From Chiloscyllium plagiosum (lineage: Eukaryota), in the NCBI RefSeq assembly GCF_004010195.1, contig NC_057718.1, forward strand, positions 105,400,493 to 105,464,492: a DNA stretch of 64,000 bases. Direction: 5' to 3'. Under the pieces are notes generated by a model. The model was not told the origin of the DNA and ran no database searches. It saw only the letters and a program-made list of their open reading frames with translations. Position numbers and translations under genes: made by a program. How positions within the stretch are numbered: the stretch's first letter is position 1; the number at the start of each line of letters is the position of its first letter. Shown here piece by piece: positions 38,340 through 51,328 of this stretch.

Positions 38340-40400
38340 AATTAATTTTGAACAGATCTAGCAACTCAACACTAGGCATCCATAGATGCTGTGGGTCTGC
38401 AGCAGAATTGTAATCCGACAAAATCAACAACCTCATGACTTAGCATGTTCCCCACCCTACCATTGCCATCAAGCCAGGGGATCCATACTGGTTCATTGAA
38501 AAGGGAAGGAGCAGCACCAGGCATACTAAAAATGAGGTTTTGACCTGATGAAGCTATACATCGGAGCTAATTGCACACCAAACAGCATAAGCACCAAAAG
38601 GTAGACAAATCTAAGTGATGCCAGAACAGATTAGTTCTAAGTAAACACTGCAGTCCTGATATATCCTGTCAAAAATGGTGTGGACAACAAAACAGCTCAA
38701 TGGAAGAGGAGGATCTCAAATTTATCCCATGCTCATAAGGGGGAGCATAATATTCAGTGCAAAACATAAGGCTGAATCACGAAACAATCTTCAGCCAGAA
38801 GTGCCAAGTGGGTGATCCAAAACAGCCTCCTCCAGAGGTCCCCAGCATCACAGTTTGTAATCAACTTGATTCACTTTCCATGATAACAAGAAATGCTTAA
38901 ATCATAGAATCCATACGGTGTAGAAGCAGGCCATTTGGCCTATCAAATCCACCAACCCTCCGAACAGCATCCTGTCCAGATCCATCCCCTACCCTATCCC
39001 TGTAACCCTGCATTTCCCATGGATAATCCACCTAACCTGCGCATCTTTGGACTATGGGAGGAAACTGGAGCACACAGAGGAAACCCATCCAGACAAGGGG
39101 AGAATATGCAAATACCATAAGCTAGTGGCTCAGGTATGTCTTTTACACAAAACGTAGCCCAAATCCAGTGGTCACTTACTGCCTCTTCAGTCTACTCTCG
39201 ATCATCAGTAAGATGATGGAAAATGTCATCAGTGCAGTTAAGCAGCACCTGCTCAGTGATGCCCAATTTGGGTTCTGCCAGGACCACTCAGCTCCTGACC
39301 TCATTACAGCATTGGTTTAAAAATGGACAAAAGAGCTGAATTCCAGAGATAAGGTGAAAGTGACTGACCTTGACATCAAGGCTGTATTTGACCTAATAAG
39401 GTATCAAGGAATCCTAACAAAACTGGGGTAAATGAGAATTGGGAAAACTCTCTGCTAGCTGCTGTTACATCTGGCACAAAGGAAGATTGCTGTGATTGTT
39501 GGAGGTCAATCATCTCAGCTACTGGAGATCTCTGCAGGAATTCTTCAGGGTACTGTCCTAGACCCAACCATCTTCTGTTGCTTCATTAATGACCTTTCCT
39601 ACATCATAAGGTCAGAAGTGGGGATGTTCTCTGATGATTGCACAATGATCAGCACCATTTGTCATTCCTTGGATACTGAAGCAGTCCGTGTTCAAATACA
39701 GTGAGACCTGTACAATATCCAACCTTGGGCTGAATAGTTGCAAATAACATTTGCACCAAATATGTGCCAGCAAATTGACCATCTCCAACAAGGGAGAATC
39801 TAACCATTACCCCTTGACATTCAGTGGCATTACTATCACTGAATTACCCTACTAACAACATCCTGAGGGGTTACCATTGACTAGAATGTCAATTGGACTT
39901 GCCATATATAAAATGTGGCTAGACTTCCAAGGCACAAGTTAGAAGTGTGATGGAATACTCCCCACTTGCCTGGATGAGTGCAGCTCCAACAACACTCAAA
40001 GCTTGATATCATTCCAGGACAAAGCAGTCCACTTGATTTGTACCACATCCACAAGCATCCACTCCCTCCACCACTGATATTTGGTGCAGCAGTATATACT
40101 AACTACAGGATACACTGCAGAAATTACCCAAGGGCTCCTCTGGCAGCATCTTCCAAATTCATAACCTCTTTCATCTGGAAGAACAAGGGCATGAGATAGG
40201 GAGAATCACTCCTGCAAGTTCCCTCCTGAGCCACTCACCATCCTGACATTGAAATGTATCACTGTTCCTTCAGTGTTGTTGAATCAAAATACTGGAATTC
40301 CTTCCCTAAGGAATTTGTGGGTCTACCTACAGCACCATGGACTGTGGCGGTTCAAGAAGGCTGGCCTAGCCAACGATGACTACATCCCATGTGTGAAGAA
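38340..40400 (+). mobile_element. Decayed CR1/L2-group LINE, with a diverged V-SINE on the minus strand at about 38901-39118
   Basis: RT motifs QFGF...HSAPDL, LDIKAVFD, GILQGTVLDPTIFCCFINDL, MFSDDCT (ORF 39492-39704). Confidence 0.8.
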
Positions 40401-42189
40401 TAACATTTTTAAAATTCACAAATGCTGTTTGCAGGAAGAATCATTACATACCGATCAGGGATAGTCAAAGTAATTGGTTTATAATTTTTCTCAGATCAGA
40501 AATGTTTCCAAATATCTTCCTGGTCATATTCTGAGATCAGCTAACTCAGCACATTCAGACCTGGGACATTCATATTCTGCATAATGTGATATTACATTAA
40601 GAGGTACATTTATGCATCAGGATATAGGCTAATTCTTTTCACTTTTATTTTGAAAATGTACAATTGTATTTCCAAATTAACTTGATTGCATCAGCATTTT
40701 CTGATGTTTGTTTTTTTTTCCCTATAATGCATATGCTTAATGAATTTTCTATTCTCATTCAGTCGTTAAACTTTGACACTCCTTATTGCCTACCACATTT
40801 ACCCACCAATTAACGGAACAACACAAAACAAAATTCTTCGGCATCACATATATGTAATTTTTATTTTTACTAATCTTAATTAATGTTTTCCTGTTTAATT
40901 ATCTTCTGAATTCCTTTCAAAAATGTGTCATAAACCATATACATGTCAAAATAATTGTGCTTGAATTGTCTGCAGCAATATTGTAATTTACCTCACAATT
41001 TAGAAAAGCATCGCTGGGAACCCAGCTGGAAAAACATTGAACCTCTGTTGTTTGTTGTTCTGTGAGAGTTTGGTGGTTCTCAGATTGGTCACAGGATGGT
41101 GCTGTTTGTGGTGATGAAAATAGGGAGCTCTGAGAATCTTGTGCATTTCCTGCAATACAATTTGAAGTAGCTTTGACTCTCTCACCTTGTTTATTGCTGT
41201 TGCCCAATTGCACTTCTGGTTAAAGTGGATGTAAAACTGTACCTTAAGATGGGATTTCATGAATTTTCTCAAACCATGGCAGATAACTGAGTCCAGCGAG
41301 ATTCCAAGCCCCTTTTGTAGATTAAGTACCATCAGTACAGTGAGTCATAACTAGTTTAACAGTGCTATAGACTGCCAGGAAACAATCATCAAAGTCAAAA
41401 AGCTCTGATTTGCTTCAAATAAAATGTAAGCCTCTAGCAATCTATGCTGACATAACTTCTTGTACTGCAGTTGTATTTCTGAATAATGTAGCACATTCCA
41501 AACAAGTGGGGGAGTATTAACATTGACAGAAACCTATGCCTAGGTTAATAGAAATTTGCATATTACATGTGGAGCCAGGTATGACATTATAAACATTTTA
41601 ACAGCATTTAATTCACATATTTGCAGCGTGTTTATTTTAACTGTATGTGAGAGTCAGATATAGCACCACTAGATACAAACTGAAACTCCCAGTACTCTGC
41701 CATGTTTCAATACCATTGAGTCATATTCCTAGATCGTGGGCAGTTTTGTTTTATTCACCGATGTCTCCTAAGACCTGGTTTGAAACAGCCTGTTACAAAA
41801 TTGATACTACATTTCAGATGGACCCCGTGTAACATTTATCTTGATTTACTTCACACCTAGACCGCAGAGTGACCCGTACATCATACCTGTGCAGCACACA
41901 AAGTGTTTTTTTAGTCCTTCCCCTTTAGACTGACCCCTGCCTTTTTTCCTAAAAGCACTTACTTCTTGCAGGGGTATGGTTTCCTTGGGATCAGGCACCC
42001 AATTGTATCAATTGTAAAAGTCCATTTGGAATGTGTTGGTCCTAGACATCGAGTGTCAACAGCATATTCCTACATACGAACATTACAGCTGAGTTAAATT
42101 GAATCCTCACTGTATGCCTAGCAAGAAGGGACTCTTGTAGTGCTTGATAGTGTCCCTAACTCTGAGCCATGAAACCCAAGTTCAAGAAC

Positions 42190-42247
42190 GTCAGGCAGCA
42201 TCCAGGGAACAGGAGATTCGACGTTTCGGGCACAGGCCCTTCTTCAG
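42190..42247 (-). mobile_element. 58-bp Penelope hammerhead-like core inserted in a tRNA-derived SINE head, flanked by a 65-bp direct repeat
   Basis: Minus strand CTGAAGA-agggc ctgt gccc-GAAA-cgtcg. Identical flanks at 42125-42189 and 42248-42312. Confidence 0.88.
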
Positions 42248-42445
42248 GAAGGGACTCTTGTAGTGCTTGATAGTGTCCCTAACTCTGAGCCATGAAACCC
42301 AAGTTCAAGAACCACCTGCTCCAGAGGTGTGTAAGAAACCTCTGACAGGTCGACTAGAAAATAAATACAACTGGCAGAGCAGTAGGGTCATTCAAAGGAA
42401 ATAGAGGACAGGAACTTTGCCAAATTTTCCTTTTTCCCCCAGTCG

Positions 42446-45140
42446 TAGAGTCATAGAGATGTACAGCACGGAAACAGACCTTTCGGTCCAACCTATCCAT
42501 GCCGACCAGATATTCCAACCCAGTGTAGTCCCACTTGCTAGCACCCGGTCCATATCCCTCCAAACCTTTCCTATTCAAATACCCCTCTAAATGCCTTTTA
42601 AATGTTACAATTCTACTAGCCTCCACCAGTTCCTCTGGCAGCTCATTTCATACACATATCACCCTCTGCGTGAAAAGGTTGCCCCTTAGGTCTCTTTTAT
42701 ATCTTTCCCCTTTCACCCTAAAACTATGCCATCTATTTCTGGACCTTTCCACTTTAGGGAAAAGACTTTGTCTATTTATCCTATCCATTCCCCTCATAAT
42801 TTTGTAAACCCTCGTAAGGTCACCCCTCAGCCTCTGATGCTCCAGGGAAAACAGCCCTAGCCTGATCAGCCTCTCCCTATAGCTCAGATCTTCCAATGCT
42901 GGCAACATCCTTGTAAATCTTTTCTGAACCCTGACCAGAATTGCACGCAATATTCCAACAATGGCCTAACCAATGTCCTGTACAGCCACAACATGACCTC
43001 CCAACTCCTGTACTCTATGCTCTGACCAATAAAAGAAAGCATACCAAAAGCCTTTTTCACTATCTATCTACCTGCGACTCCACTTTCAAGGAGCTATGAA
43101 ACTGCAGTCCAAGGTCTCTTTGTTCAGCACCACTCCCTAGGACCTTACCATTAAGTGTATATGTCCTGCTAATATTTGCTTTCCCAAAATGCAGCACCTC
43201 ATATTTATCTAAATTAAACTCATATCTGCCACTCCTCAGCCCATTGGCCCATCTGACCAAGATCCTGTTGTAATCTGAGGTAACCTTCTTCGCTATCCAC
43301 TCTACCTCCAATTTTGTATCATCAGCAAACTTACTAACTGTACCTCTTATGCTCACATCCAAATCATTTATGTAAATGATGAAAAGTAGTGGACCCAGCA
43401 CTGATCCTTGTGGCACTCCACTGGTCACAGACCTCCAGTCTGAAAAACAACCCTCCACCACCACCCCCTGTCTTCTACCTTTTGAGCCAGTTCTGATCTA
43501 ACCTTGCTAACCAGTCTCCCATGTGGAATCTTGTCGAATGCCTTACTGAAGTCCATATAGATCACATCTACCGCTCTGCCCTCATCAATTCTCTTTGTTA
43601 CTTCTTCAAAAAACTCAATCAAGTTTGTGAGACATGATTTCCCACACCAAGCCATGTTGACTATCCCACAAAATTCCCTCCAACAACTTGCCCACCACCA
43701 ACATCAGGCTCACTGGTCTATAATTCCCTATCTTATCCTTACCACCTTTCTTAAACAGTGGCAGCATGTTAGCCAACCTCCAGTCTTCTGGCACTTCACC
43801 TGTGACTATCAATGATACAAATATCTCAATTAGAGGCCCAGCAATCACTTCCCTAGCTTCCCACAAAGTTCTAGGGTACACCTGATCAGGTCCTGGGGAT
43901 TTATTCACTTTTATGTGTTTCATCCAGCACTCCCTCCTCTGTAATATGGACATTTATTTAAGATGTCACCATCTATTTCTCTACATTCTATATCTTCCAT
44001 GTCCTTTCCACAGTAACTACTGATGCAAAACACTCATTTAGTATCTCCCCCATCTCCTGCACATCCACACAAAGGCCACTTTGCTGATCTTTGAGGGGCC
44101 CTATTCTCTCCCTAGTTACCCTTTTGTCCTTGATATATTTGTAAAAATCCTTTGGATTCTCCTCAACTCTATTTACCAAAGTTATCTCATGTTCCCTTTT
44201 TGCCCTCCTAATTTCCCTCTTAAGTATACTCCTACTGCCTTTATACTCTTCTAAGGATTCACTTGATCTATCCTGTCTATACCTGACATATGCTTCCTTC
44301 ATTTTCTTCATCAAACCCTCAATGTCTTTAGTCATCCAGCACTCCCTATACCTACCAGCCTTCCCTTTCACCCTGACAGGAATATCCTTTCTCTGGATTC
44401 TCATTATCTTATTTCTGAAGGCTTCCCATTTTCCAGCAGTCCCTTTACCTGCGAACATCTGTGCCCAATCAGCTTTTGAAAGTTTTTGCCTAATACCATC
44501 AAAATTGGCCTTTCTCCAATTTAGAACTCCAACTTTTAGATCTCGTCTATCCTTTTCAATCACTACTTTAAAACTAATGGAATTATGGTCGCTGGCCCCA
44601 AAGTGCTCCCCCACTCAGTCACCTGCCCTGCCTTATTTCCCAAGAGTAGGTCAAGTTTTGCACCTTCTCTAGTAGGTACATTCACATACTGAGTCAGAAA
44701 CTTTCTTGTACGCACTTAACAAATTCCTCTCCATCTAAATCCTTAACACTATGGCAGTCCCAGTCTATGTTTGGAAAGTTAAAATCCCCTACCATAACCA
44801 CCCTATTATTCTTACAGATAGCTGAGATCTCCTTACAAGTTTGTTTCTCAATTTCCCTCTGACTATTGGGGGGTCTATAATACACTCCCAATAAGGTGAT
44901 CATCCCTTTCTTATTTCTCAGTTCCACCCAAATAACTTCCTGGATGTATTTCAGTATTATCCTCCCTCAGTACAGTTATAATGCTATCCCTTATGAAAAA
45001 CTCCACTCCCCCTCCTCTTTTGCCTCCCTTTCTATCCTTCCTGTAGCATTGTATCCTGGAACATTAAGCTGCTAGTCTTGCCTATCCCTGAGCCATGTTT
45101 CTGTAATTGCTATGATATCCCAGTCCCATGTTCCTAACCT
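42446..45140 (-). mobile_element. Longest CR1/HER1 LINE copy (endonuclease, RT and tail), disrupted
   Basis: Minus ORFs with YYRPPN...VGDFNFPNIDW, GVPQGSVLGPLLF...KFADDTK and QKRFTRMLP. Several frameshifts and deletions. Confidence 0.94.
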
Positions 45141-46485
45141 GAAGCCAATTTCTGTGGCTTCCACTACCTAACTCGATGCCACTGTTTTATAGCAGTTTGA
45201 ACCTAGGAATTTTCTAGTTTGTACATCTCAGGTATTCCTATACAATAAGGATGGCAAGCACAAAATAAATATACCTCAATTATGGTATAATTCAAACATT
45301 TCGCAACATGCAAAGAGTTTACTTAACAAATATTTACAGTCATTTTCTTAAGGGGAATAGTGTAGTGTATATGGGACTGAAAATATCTTTAATGTTTCAA
45401 TTTTACGACAGAAGACTTAATCATTTATTAATATTAATTCAAATCTGTATGATTTGTCCTTTGTTTTAAAATACTTCTTAAAAACCTGAAGGTAACAAAA
45501 ATCTTAATTTTTATTAGAGATACAGTGAGAGAATGTTTGATCTGTTTACTTATGCTTAAATCTGTCAGGTATGTCAATATGAAGAATTAATCTATTGTTA
45601 TATTACTACTATTGCTGGAAAGAAAAACATGTTACCAAAACTTTTCATTTTGCCCTCTTCAAGTTAAATGCAAGAATGCCAAATTTCAAATTACCACAAC
45701 AGTTTATGCTACAGGAAATAAAGGGTGCTGATTTGGTAAGTCACCTCACATTGACCAAAATGTTGCCATTGCTAATTAGTGTCCGGTTGTCAACCAATCA
45801 GCAGACGTGTTTTTCCTGTAGTATATCCTTGCATTTGTACTAAGTGAAAAATGATTTTCCTTTCAACAATGTTCAAGTGATTGTAGCACTACTTATTAGT
45901 ATTCTCACACTAAAATGCAATCAATTTAAGAGCATGATATAGTTCTGTAGTTAAAGAAAACTAAAAACTCATTATTTTAGAAAGCACTTTTAGTTATGAT
46001 CTTTATCAGCCACTTTTAAAATATCTCCATTTGCTTAATTTAATCTAAATATTTTTAGTCCCAAACATCCTCTAACTTTGCCTTCAGTGCTCACAATGTG
46101 ATTCCTCTATATATTTTTCAGCAGCACCTGCTGGTAGTCATTTAACAATTATCATTCACAGCTTGTCTAGCTCCATCTTTTGTTTCTGTACGTGTTCCAT
46201 TGCCTTTGTATTTCACCTTCCACTATCATTATTTAATTTCATCTGCCTTCCACCCTATCATCAATCTTTTCTCACATTTGATTCCTCTTCCCTTTTCATT
46301 GCCTTTGTCTGAACTTGCTACATGTTTAAAACCAGGTATGGTTCTAATGTTTTCTATTAACCTGAGACATTATCTTGGTTTCACTCTCAACAGATGCTGT
46401 CTGGTCTTCTGAATAATTCCAATATTTTCTGTCTCTATTTGTGCTTTAAGTTAAACCTAAATTTTATTATTTTCTGTATTCATAG

Positions 46486-46642
46486 AAACTCTGGAGTGCT
46501 TACATGGAGGAGATCCTCTGATAGGAGACAAGGCAGCACTGCCCTCTGCATCATTTAAGAGCAGGAATCTTTCTTCAGGATCAAACAACTGCAGCAGCAA
46601 CCATTCATTACAGTTTGGTGCACAGAACAATCCTACTGATAA
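46486..46642 (+). CDS. WDPCP: WDPCP coding exon 5 of 8 in window (poorly conserved C-terminal linker)
   Basis: Pyrimidine-rich acceptor tttctgtattcatag, donor gtaaga. Open frame (E)TLECLHGGDPLIGDKAALPSASFKSRNLSSGSNNCSSNHSLQFGAQNNPTD(K) resembles recalled human ELLGPLDRGDML.... 157 nt, phase 1-2 fits both neighbours. Confidence 0.8.
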
Positions 46643-46674
46643 GTAAGAAACATGACTGCATTATAGTGAGTGAT

Positions 46675-46798
46675 AAGCTCTTCATCATGAAGCCTTTGCT
46701 TGAAACGTCAATTCTCCTGCTCCTCGGATGCTGCTTGATCTACTGTACTTTTCCAGCACAACACTCTTAACTCCGATCTCCAGTCCTCACTTTCTCCC
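46675..46798 (+). mobile_element. Penelope-derived mini-insertion 32 nt after a WDPCP donor site
   Basis: Decayed core ...gaaacgtcaattctcctgctcctcggatgctgc. 13-bp TSD tatagtg(a/t)gtgat (46662-46674 / 46799-46811). Confidence 0.75.
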
Positions 46799-47624
46799 TA
46801 TAGTGTGTGATGCCAGTCCACCCATCCACTTTTCCAATTCTTAGAAAAATACAAAAATTCTAAAGCTACAGCTTGTCCAGGGTATTTTGATGATTTATTT
46901 TTGGAGTGCACTGAATATTTCTATCTCTGTTAGCTATCCCTGTGCCAAGGATGATTTGTTCTTGCAGATGGCTGGGTAGAAATGAAATATCAGTTTTGAC
47001 TGTGGGTTTGTAGGTTCCCTATAATCCCTTTGTGAGTCTTACAGGCCCATCCACGATGAGGACATGTTAGAGATGGGGGTGGGGAATTTGTTGACTTGAG
47101 TATCTTCCTCTTTTTACCATCTCTCTCTGTTCTCTCTGACCGTCTGCTCTTGTTGATTAGAAACTCTTGATACTCTTTTTGATGATTTGCCATTTTGGCT
47201 ATGATTGGGCATCTGCCTCCCTTGTATATTATAGAGTGGACCTCCATGGAAATTTTGAGATCATTTTTGAATCTTTGGTTCCCATGTGAACTGGCTCCCT
47301 GAACTAGCTTTGAGAGGAACTCCTGTTTGGGCATTCTTGTAAATGATATTCTGACTAGATGTTTGCTCCATCTCATCTAAAGGGTGATTATCATATCCTC
47401 TATACTTGACATGCCTGTGTCTTGTAGAATTCCCATCTGCTGTTTTGTCCTCCCACTTGATTTGAAAGGTCCTGCTAAAGCAGCATTGATGGTGTTGTCC
47501 TAGGACTTTGATATAGAATCTATAAAATATCCAAGCTTCAGCACAGTGGAGGAGTCTGCGGAGGACCAGATAACCTTTGAGTTTAGTGTCTGTCTGATTC
47601 TCAAAAACCTGTTCAAGTAAAGAT

Positions 47625-48271
47625 CTGTGGCATACTTGCCTTCATTGGAAGGGCATTACGTATAAGGGTAGTTTGGTCATGTCACAGCTTTATAGAACTT
47701 TAGTTAGGGCACATTTGGAATATTGCATTCAGTTCTGGTCACCACACTACCAGAAGGAAGTGGATGCTTTGGAGACAGTGCAGAAAAGGTTTACCAGGTT
47801 ATAGTCTGGTATGGGGGATTTTAGCTATGAAGAAAGGCTGGTTGGACTGGGTTTGTTTTCACTGAAACTCAGGAGGTTGAGGAACCTGATATAGGTTTGT
47901 AAGGTTGTGAATGGCATGGACAGATTGGAAATGATGAAACTTTTTCCCAAGGTAGAGGGCTCAGTTACTAGCAGACAAAGGTTCAAGGTTCTGGGGATGG
48001 GATGGTGTGGGGCAGGGCGGCAGTTTAAAAGAAATGAGAGAGGTACGTTTTTCACACACAGGGTGGTAAGTACCTGGAATGCGCTGCCAGGGAAGGTGGT
48101 GGAAGCAGACAGAATAGCAGTATTCAAGAAGCACCTGAACGAGTACATGGACAGGAAAGAATTAGAGGGATGCAGATCCTGTAAGTGAAGACAGTTTTAG
48201 CATGAAAGGGCAAAATGTAGTGGCACAGGCATGGATGGCTGAAGGGCCTGTTTCTGTCCTGTATTGTTCTT
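47625..48271 (+). mobile_element. CR1 LINE 3' end
   Basis: Motifs LEYCIQFWSPHY and FFTHRVVSTWNALPG; 3' UTR ...ggctgaagggcctgtttctgtcctgtattgttct. Confidence 0.88.
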
Positions 48272-49183
48272 CGTACACAATTCACCATCGGCTGAGTTAG
48301 CACATTGGATCTCTTCATTCATATAAGCTTCTAGTTTCAAAGATAAGGGAAGTGAGGGACATTCTCCAACACTTAGGCATGAATCCCAATTGAAGGCATT
48401 GTGGTGTGAGTTAGCTCAGGACTTTCATCTTCCAATGCTCAGGGTAAGTCCCATGCTCTCAGATTTCAGCGAACTCAGCAATCTTATTGTAGTTCTTAAA
48501 GTGAGCACCAGCAGGTTCTTCATCCTCAACCTATTTGTAGCTCTGTTTACAGAAGTGTTAGTGTCCTGATTGTGGTCTTCAACTGGTTGAGGACAGAAAG
48601 TCCTGTCAGTGCAATAAGTTATTACCACACCTGAGGGAAACCTGCACTGCTACAAGGAAGATTGAGTATAGTGCTGGTGTAATGATGCACAATATGTGAC
48701 ATACAGAATGACATACAGAACAGGCTCAAGGGGCTGAATGGCCTATTCCTGTTCTGATGATGCCTATTTTAACTGGGAAAAGATCTGTGATGGAGCCATT
48801 GTACAGTATTGTTATTTATGTATTATCTATTAAGAACAGATGGTGCTTGTGAACTTTGGCATCCATATTGCAATTGCAGTTTCCTAGTGGTTGCTTGATT
48901 TGTTTGATCAAAGACTTTTGTGAAAAGAAAACAAAACGATGTACAAAGAAATGTTCTGTAGTCTGCATTTTTCCTGACATTGGTGTGCTTCTCAGGCTCT
49001 ATCAATGCATCCTTCTAAGCTATCCACCCTCTAGTGTTTATCTAGTTTCCCTGTGAATGCATCCATGATATTTGTCTCAGTTTAGACTGAAAATGTTTGG
49101 CTATTTTAGCCTGAAGTAATCTCCTGACGTATGCAGCTCTGCTTGATATGCCTTGTTGGGCCTTCCATCCCTGTCTATAACAA

Positions 49184-51328
49184 TGATTTGGAGATGCCGG
49201 TGTTGAACTGGGGTGTACAAAGTAAAAATCTCACAACACCAGGTTATAGTCCAACCAGTTTAATTGGAAGCACTAGCTTTCGGAGCGCCGCTCCTTCATC
49301 AGGTGGTTGTGGAGGGCACAATTGTAAGGCACAGAATTTACAGCAAAAGTTTACAGTGCGATGTAACTGAAATTATACATTGAAAAATACCTTGATTGTC
49401 TGTTGAGTCTTTCATCTATTCGAATACCATGATAGTTTCACTTCTTTCATGTGTAAATCACAAAACTTTTTTTAAAAAGTTGCATTCTCAGGTTAGCTGT
49501 AACAATGGGTGTTAGCTAGATAATATGTTGAAGGTGTTAGCCCCCGTGTTCTCTGTTTATGCCATGATGTTTAGATTGATTCTAATCTAAAAAGTGAGAT
49601 AACAGAGTTTTACATGAATTCATGCAGTTTTTGAGCAAAGTACAATGTAACTCTGCAAGTACAAATTCATCCCACAAAAAACGTGTGTGTGTCTGTCTGT
49701 CTGGCTTGGGGGGTTGTGAGTGTGAGAGAGAGTGTACATGTACATGTGAGTGTAGAGTGTCATAAGTCTGTGAGGGGATGCGTGTGGGAGTGTGTGTTTG
49801 TGTCTGGGGTGGGGGATTGTGAGTGTCTGTGAGAGAGTGTATATGTGTGTGCGTGAGTATAGAGTGGTCTAAGTCTCTGAGAGGATGCATGTGAGAGTGT
49901 GGGAGTGTATGTGTCTGTAAGGATGTGTGTGAGTGTGTGCATGTCTGTGTATATGAGTGTCCGTGTGTGTGTTTAGGAGTACCTGGTGTGTGTATAGTGC
50001 AATGGTGGTCACCTGTAGTGTGACATGAACCCAAGGTCCCAGTTGAGGCCCACCCTATGGGTATGGAACTTAGTTAACAGCGTCTGCTCGGCCACGTTTT
50101 GCTGCTGCCTGTCCTGAAGTCCGCCTTGGAGGATGGTCACCCGAAGGTCCGAGGTTGAATGTCCTGGACCACTGAAGTGTTCTCTGACTGGGAGGGAACA
50201 CTCCTGTCTGTTGTTTGTTATGCGGTGCCCATTCATCCTTTGCCATAGCCTTTGCTCAGTTTCCCCAATGTACCATGCCTCAGGGCATCCTTGCCTGCAA
50301 TGTATAAGATAGACAATGTTGGCCTAGCCACATGAGTACCTGCCACGTACAAGGTGGGAGCTGTCCCCATGTGTAATGGTGGTATCCATGTCCACACTCT
50401 GACACGTCTTGCACGCCTACCGTGACAGGGTTGCATGGAGTTGTCCTGAAAGCCGGGCAGCTTGCTACGAACAATGATCTGTTTGAGGTTTGGCGGTTGT
50501 TTAAAGGCGAGCAGTGGAGGTGTGGGGAAGGTCTTGGCGAGGTGCTCATCCTCATTGATAATGTGTTGCAGGTCACAAAGAACACGGCATAGTTTTTCAG
50601 TTCCTGGGAAGTACTGAACAATGAAGGATACCCTGTCGGTTGCAGCACATATCTGTCTCCTGAGGAGGTCATTACGGTTCCTTGCTGTGGCACATCAGAA
50701 TTGGCGGTTGATGAGTTGAGCATCATATCCCGTTCTTATGAGGGCATCCCTGAGTACTTCCAGGTGCCCATCACATTGTACTTTGCTCAAAAACTGCATG
50801 AATTCATGTAAAACTCTGTTATCTCACTTTTTAGATTAGAATCATGGCACAGACAGGGGGCCAACACCTTCAACATATTCTGGATTAGTGGTGCTGGAAG
50901 AGCACAGCAGTTCAGGCAGCATCCAAGCTCCTTGGATGCTGCCTGAACTGCTGTGCTCTTCCAACACTACTAATCCAGAATCTGGTTTCTAACATCTGCA
51001 GTCATTGTTTTTACCTTCAACATATTATCTAGCTATCACCCATTGTTACAGCTAACCTGAGAATGCAACTTTTTAAAAAAAGATTTACGATTTACACATG
51101 AAAGAAGTGAAACTATCATGGTATTCGAACAGATGAAAGACTCAACAGACAATCAAGGTATTTTTCAATGTATAATTTCAGTTACATCGCACTGTAAACT
51201 TTTGCTGTAAATTCTGTGCCTTACACTTGTGTCCTCCATAACCAACTGATGAAGGAGCGGCGCTCCGAAAGCTAGTGTGCTTCCATTTAAACTGGTTGGA
51301 CTATAACCTGGTGTTGTGTGATTTTTAA
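49184..51328 (-). mobile_element. Penelope-like element: GIY-YIG region between inverted pseudo-LTR arms, 13-bp TSD
   Basis: Minus ORF 50009-50236 (MNGHR...VREHFSGPGHS...GLNWDLGFMSHY). Arms of about 430 bp (about 49220-49648 vs 50773-51328) are inverted. TSD ctgtctataacaa (49171-49183 / 51329-51341). (TG)-rich tract at about 49683-49995. Confidence 0.92.
50880..51012. mobile_element. Second Penelope-family hairpin mini-element nested in the pseudo-LTR
   Basis: About 51-bp inverted arms with a 3-nt loop. 14-bp TSD accttcaacatatt (50866-50879 / 51013-51026). Confidence 0.88.

Noticed and set aside
42125..42312. CRISPR-like repeat-spacer-repeat
   Set aside because: Only two repeats, a vertebrate context, no cas genes, and the spacer is a recognisable Penelope fragment.
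42446..45140. Intact autonomous LINE
   Set aside because: ORF2 is broken into at least six pieces by frameshifts and deletions; no ORF1 seen.
49582..50034. His/Thr-rich 150-aa ORF
   Set aside because: Translation artefact of the (TG/CA)-rich tract inside the Penelope element.
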